Positions 61,602 through 64,000 of a stretch of 64,000 nucleotides of DNA are shown piece after piece. Position 1 is the first letter of the stretch, and every line of letters starts with the position of its first letter. The notes below the pieces were generated by a model. The model was given only the letters and a program-made list of their open reading frames with translations. It did not search any database and was not told the origin of the DNA. The stretch comes from Minutocellus sp. GHC0000111 (Eukaryota), in contig OZ361258.1 in the NCBI GenBank assembly GCA_977018835.1, forward strand, positions 2,914,001-2,978,000. The letters run 5' to 3'. The translations under genes and the position numbers were made by a program.

Positions 61602-64000
61602 TTACATATAGCAATCCGAAAGCGAAGAGCGGCACTGCCCAGCATTATCAGAACCGGCTGGGCAGCAGACATCGCCCATGCAATTGCCGCAGTTGCTTCC
61701 TTCGCAGTCATTTGCATTCATTGCACACACACCGTTGCCGCAACAAAAGTCATTATTTGCGCATCCACCCATGCCCATGCCAATCTGCATTGGGTTACAG
61801 GTCAAGCTGGGCATCGAAGATACCGATGGCTGTCCACTGGGAGGAACGGATGGCACTGAACTTGGGCTAAGACTTTCCGAAGGAGCACTCGACAAACTCG
61901 GCACGGCCGAAGGTGCCGGCGAAGAACTGGGCATGGACGACATTGTTGGCTGGCTAGATGGGACGCCCGATGGCGTCGAGCTCGGAGCAAGGCTCGGACT
62001 TTCGGAGGGTATAGCCGATGGCGCATTCGACAGGCTCGGCGTGGAGGAGGGTGCACTAGAAGGCACCGATGATGGCTCACTTGACATGCTGGGCATGGTG
62101 GAAACGGACGGCATTTCGCTTGGGATATCGGAGGGCACGTCAGATGGAGAAGTCGATGGGATGTCAGATGGTTGAACACTGGGAGATTGGCTTGGGCGTT
62201 GGGAAGGTCCGGCCGAAGGAGCCTGTGAGATACTTGGCGTGGCCGACGGCTCCGATGATGGTATATTGGAAGGCTCGCTGGACGGATCTGACGATGGTTC
62301 CGAGCTGGGAAGCGAGGAGGGTGCAGAAGAAACACTTGGCATGGAAGAAGGAGCAGTGCTGGGTTCGCTCGAAGGTTCCGATGAAATGCTCGGCATGGAC
62401 GATATGGTTGGCCCTGCTGATGGTTCCGACGACACAGTCGGATTAGAAGAGGGTGCCTGGCTCGGGCTAGTCGAGGGGAGAGCGCTTGGGACACCCGATG
62501 GAGACGATGATGGTGCCAAGCTGGGGCTCGACGATGGAGTCAGGCTACATGTAGGAGGCAACAATTTCGATAGGAGAAAGAGAAGAGGGTCGTAAGGGCC
62601 CATTGCGTGTGCATGATTTTGAGAAAAAATATTCAGGAAATGTATAAGAGACTGCTCAGAGCGATTGCAATTTGTCCACAAACATATCTGAAAGATCTCG
62701 TTTATTGTTTGGCATCTTTCGGTCGGGAGAGTATGCTATGAGTAGGAGCAGAGCATGACAAACAAATGAACTGAAACTTGAAAATATCCACTATATATAT
62801 ATGAGTCTCACCTGGGCGTGCTCGATGGAGATCCGGATGGCTCTGATGAAATGCTCGGCATCGACGAAATGGTGGGACCTGCCGAAGGTTCCGACGAAAC
62901 AGTCGGGTTGGACGAGGGTGCCTGGCTCGGGTCGGCCGATGGAGACAGGCTGGGAATATCTGACGGCTCTCCAGAAGGAGTCAAACTTGGGCTGGAGGTG
63001 GGACTAAGACTAGGCACAACCGATGGTGACGCAGAAGGCTCCAAGCTGGGAAGGTCCGAGGGCGATGAGCTTGGCGCTGAAGATGTCGTGGGAACATTCG
63101 ATGGAGATGCGCTCGGCGATGAGGAGGGCTCGGATGTCGGGATACTCGAAGGCGATGCGCTTGGAGCGCTCGTGGGAGAGTCGCTGGGAATTACAGAAGG
63201 ACTGCTCGAGGGCACTGCGCTTGGAGCGCTCGTGGGCGACGAGCTCGGATGTCCAGTGGGACTCGCCGAGGGCGACGCACTCGGGCTCGCGCTAGGGCTG
63301 CTCGACGGCACATCTGTTGGACTTGCGCTGGGGCTGCTCGACGGCACATCTGTTGGACTGGAGCTTGGGCTTTCGGTGTCGCATGGGATGGGATACCAGA
63401 GCGTGTCAGGGCTCGTCTGAGAAAAACCATTGGCAAAGATCTGCCACAGAGCATTCTGATCACCATGACCGTCTCGGAACTTGACAATGACGTCGCTGGG
63501 TCTGTAATTCTGCGTATCGGCGACAATCTTGAGACGGGCAAGGTTCGAATCACTTCCAGCACCTGGGCCGATGAGATAATACAGGCAATCTTCATAAACG
63601 ACACGAAGATATGCCACGTTGGGATACCGCTCGCCGATGCAGAGACTTGTAGCGCCAGGGAACCACCGATAGACGGGATAGGCAGGCTGGTCCTCCCTCC
63701 AAAGCATCAGATACGTCTTATCAATATGATGTCTGATGCCAAACTGCCATCCATCCTTGCAGATGCCCTGTCCGGCGCCGATGCATTGCTCTTGTCCAAA
63801 ATTTTCGACCTGCATGGCACCGCCATACGGGCAGGTGATGGACGGCCACCACTTTCCTCGGACGCCACCGGCGCCAGAATCGGCATGCCAGTTGAGACTG
63901 TCAGGGCTGACAGTTTGGGTGGGAAAGATGGCAGAAGTCGGCCCGCCGTCGGTGCTTTCGCCGAAGGGATCCTTGAAGAGATATTCCTTCCACTGGGTGA
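61602..64000 (-). CDS. Secreted or cell-surface protein with a Cys/Trp-rich domain, long xxPS repeats and a Cys-rich C-terminus; 5'-partial, intron 62545-62811
   Basis: Open frame to the window end; (S/T)xxPS tetrapeptide arrays; GTGAGA/TAG splice joins in frame. Confidence 0.8.

Noticed and set aside
61800..63370. Periodic repeats as a CRISPR-like or satellite array
   Set aside because: They are codon-level xxPS protein repeats with no repeat-spacer structure.

Overview
Gene-dense eukaryotic nuclear DNA, most likely from a diatom or related stramenopile (short GT-AG introns, bipartite plastid-targeting signals with ASAF-like motifs). It holds about 27 distinct genes, including CDC5L, a plastid FBPase, a BTB-BACK protein, a GNAT, a ceramide synthase, an ankyrin-HDAC, an ankyrin-SET protein, Sin3, NagA, TruA, an HSF, an AP2-like protein, a MYB3R and Pro/Ser/Thr-rich secreted proteins. 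Main observations: (1) A 2308-bp Tc1/mariner element (10082-12389, TA target duplication, 29-bp TIRs) splits a secreted-protein gene. It encodes a DD38D transposase with an HMG-box-like N-terminal region plus an unexplained antisense passenger ORF. (2) A 1.5-kb non-autonomous GAG...CTC element with a TTTA duplication (Sola-like) contains an 87-bp hairpin. (3) Roughly a dozen genes carry frameshifts, deletions, nonsense codons or truncations, suggesting a decaying haplotype or redundant genome copy, or partly consensus error. (4) A near-identical 5.3-kb duplication (225-5558 = 31803-37136) truncates Sin3 and ends at a 200-N gap. All calls come from reading the sequence by eye; no database searches were run.
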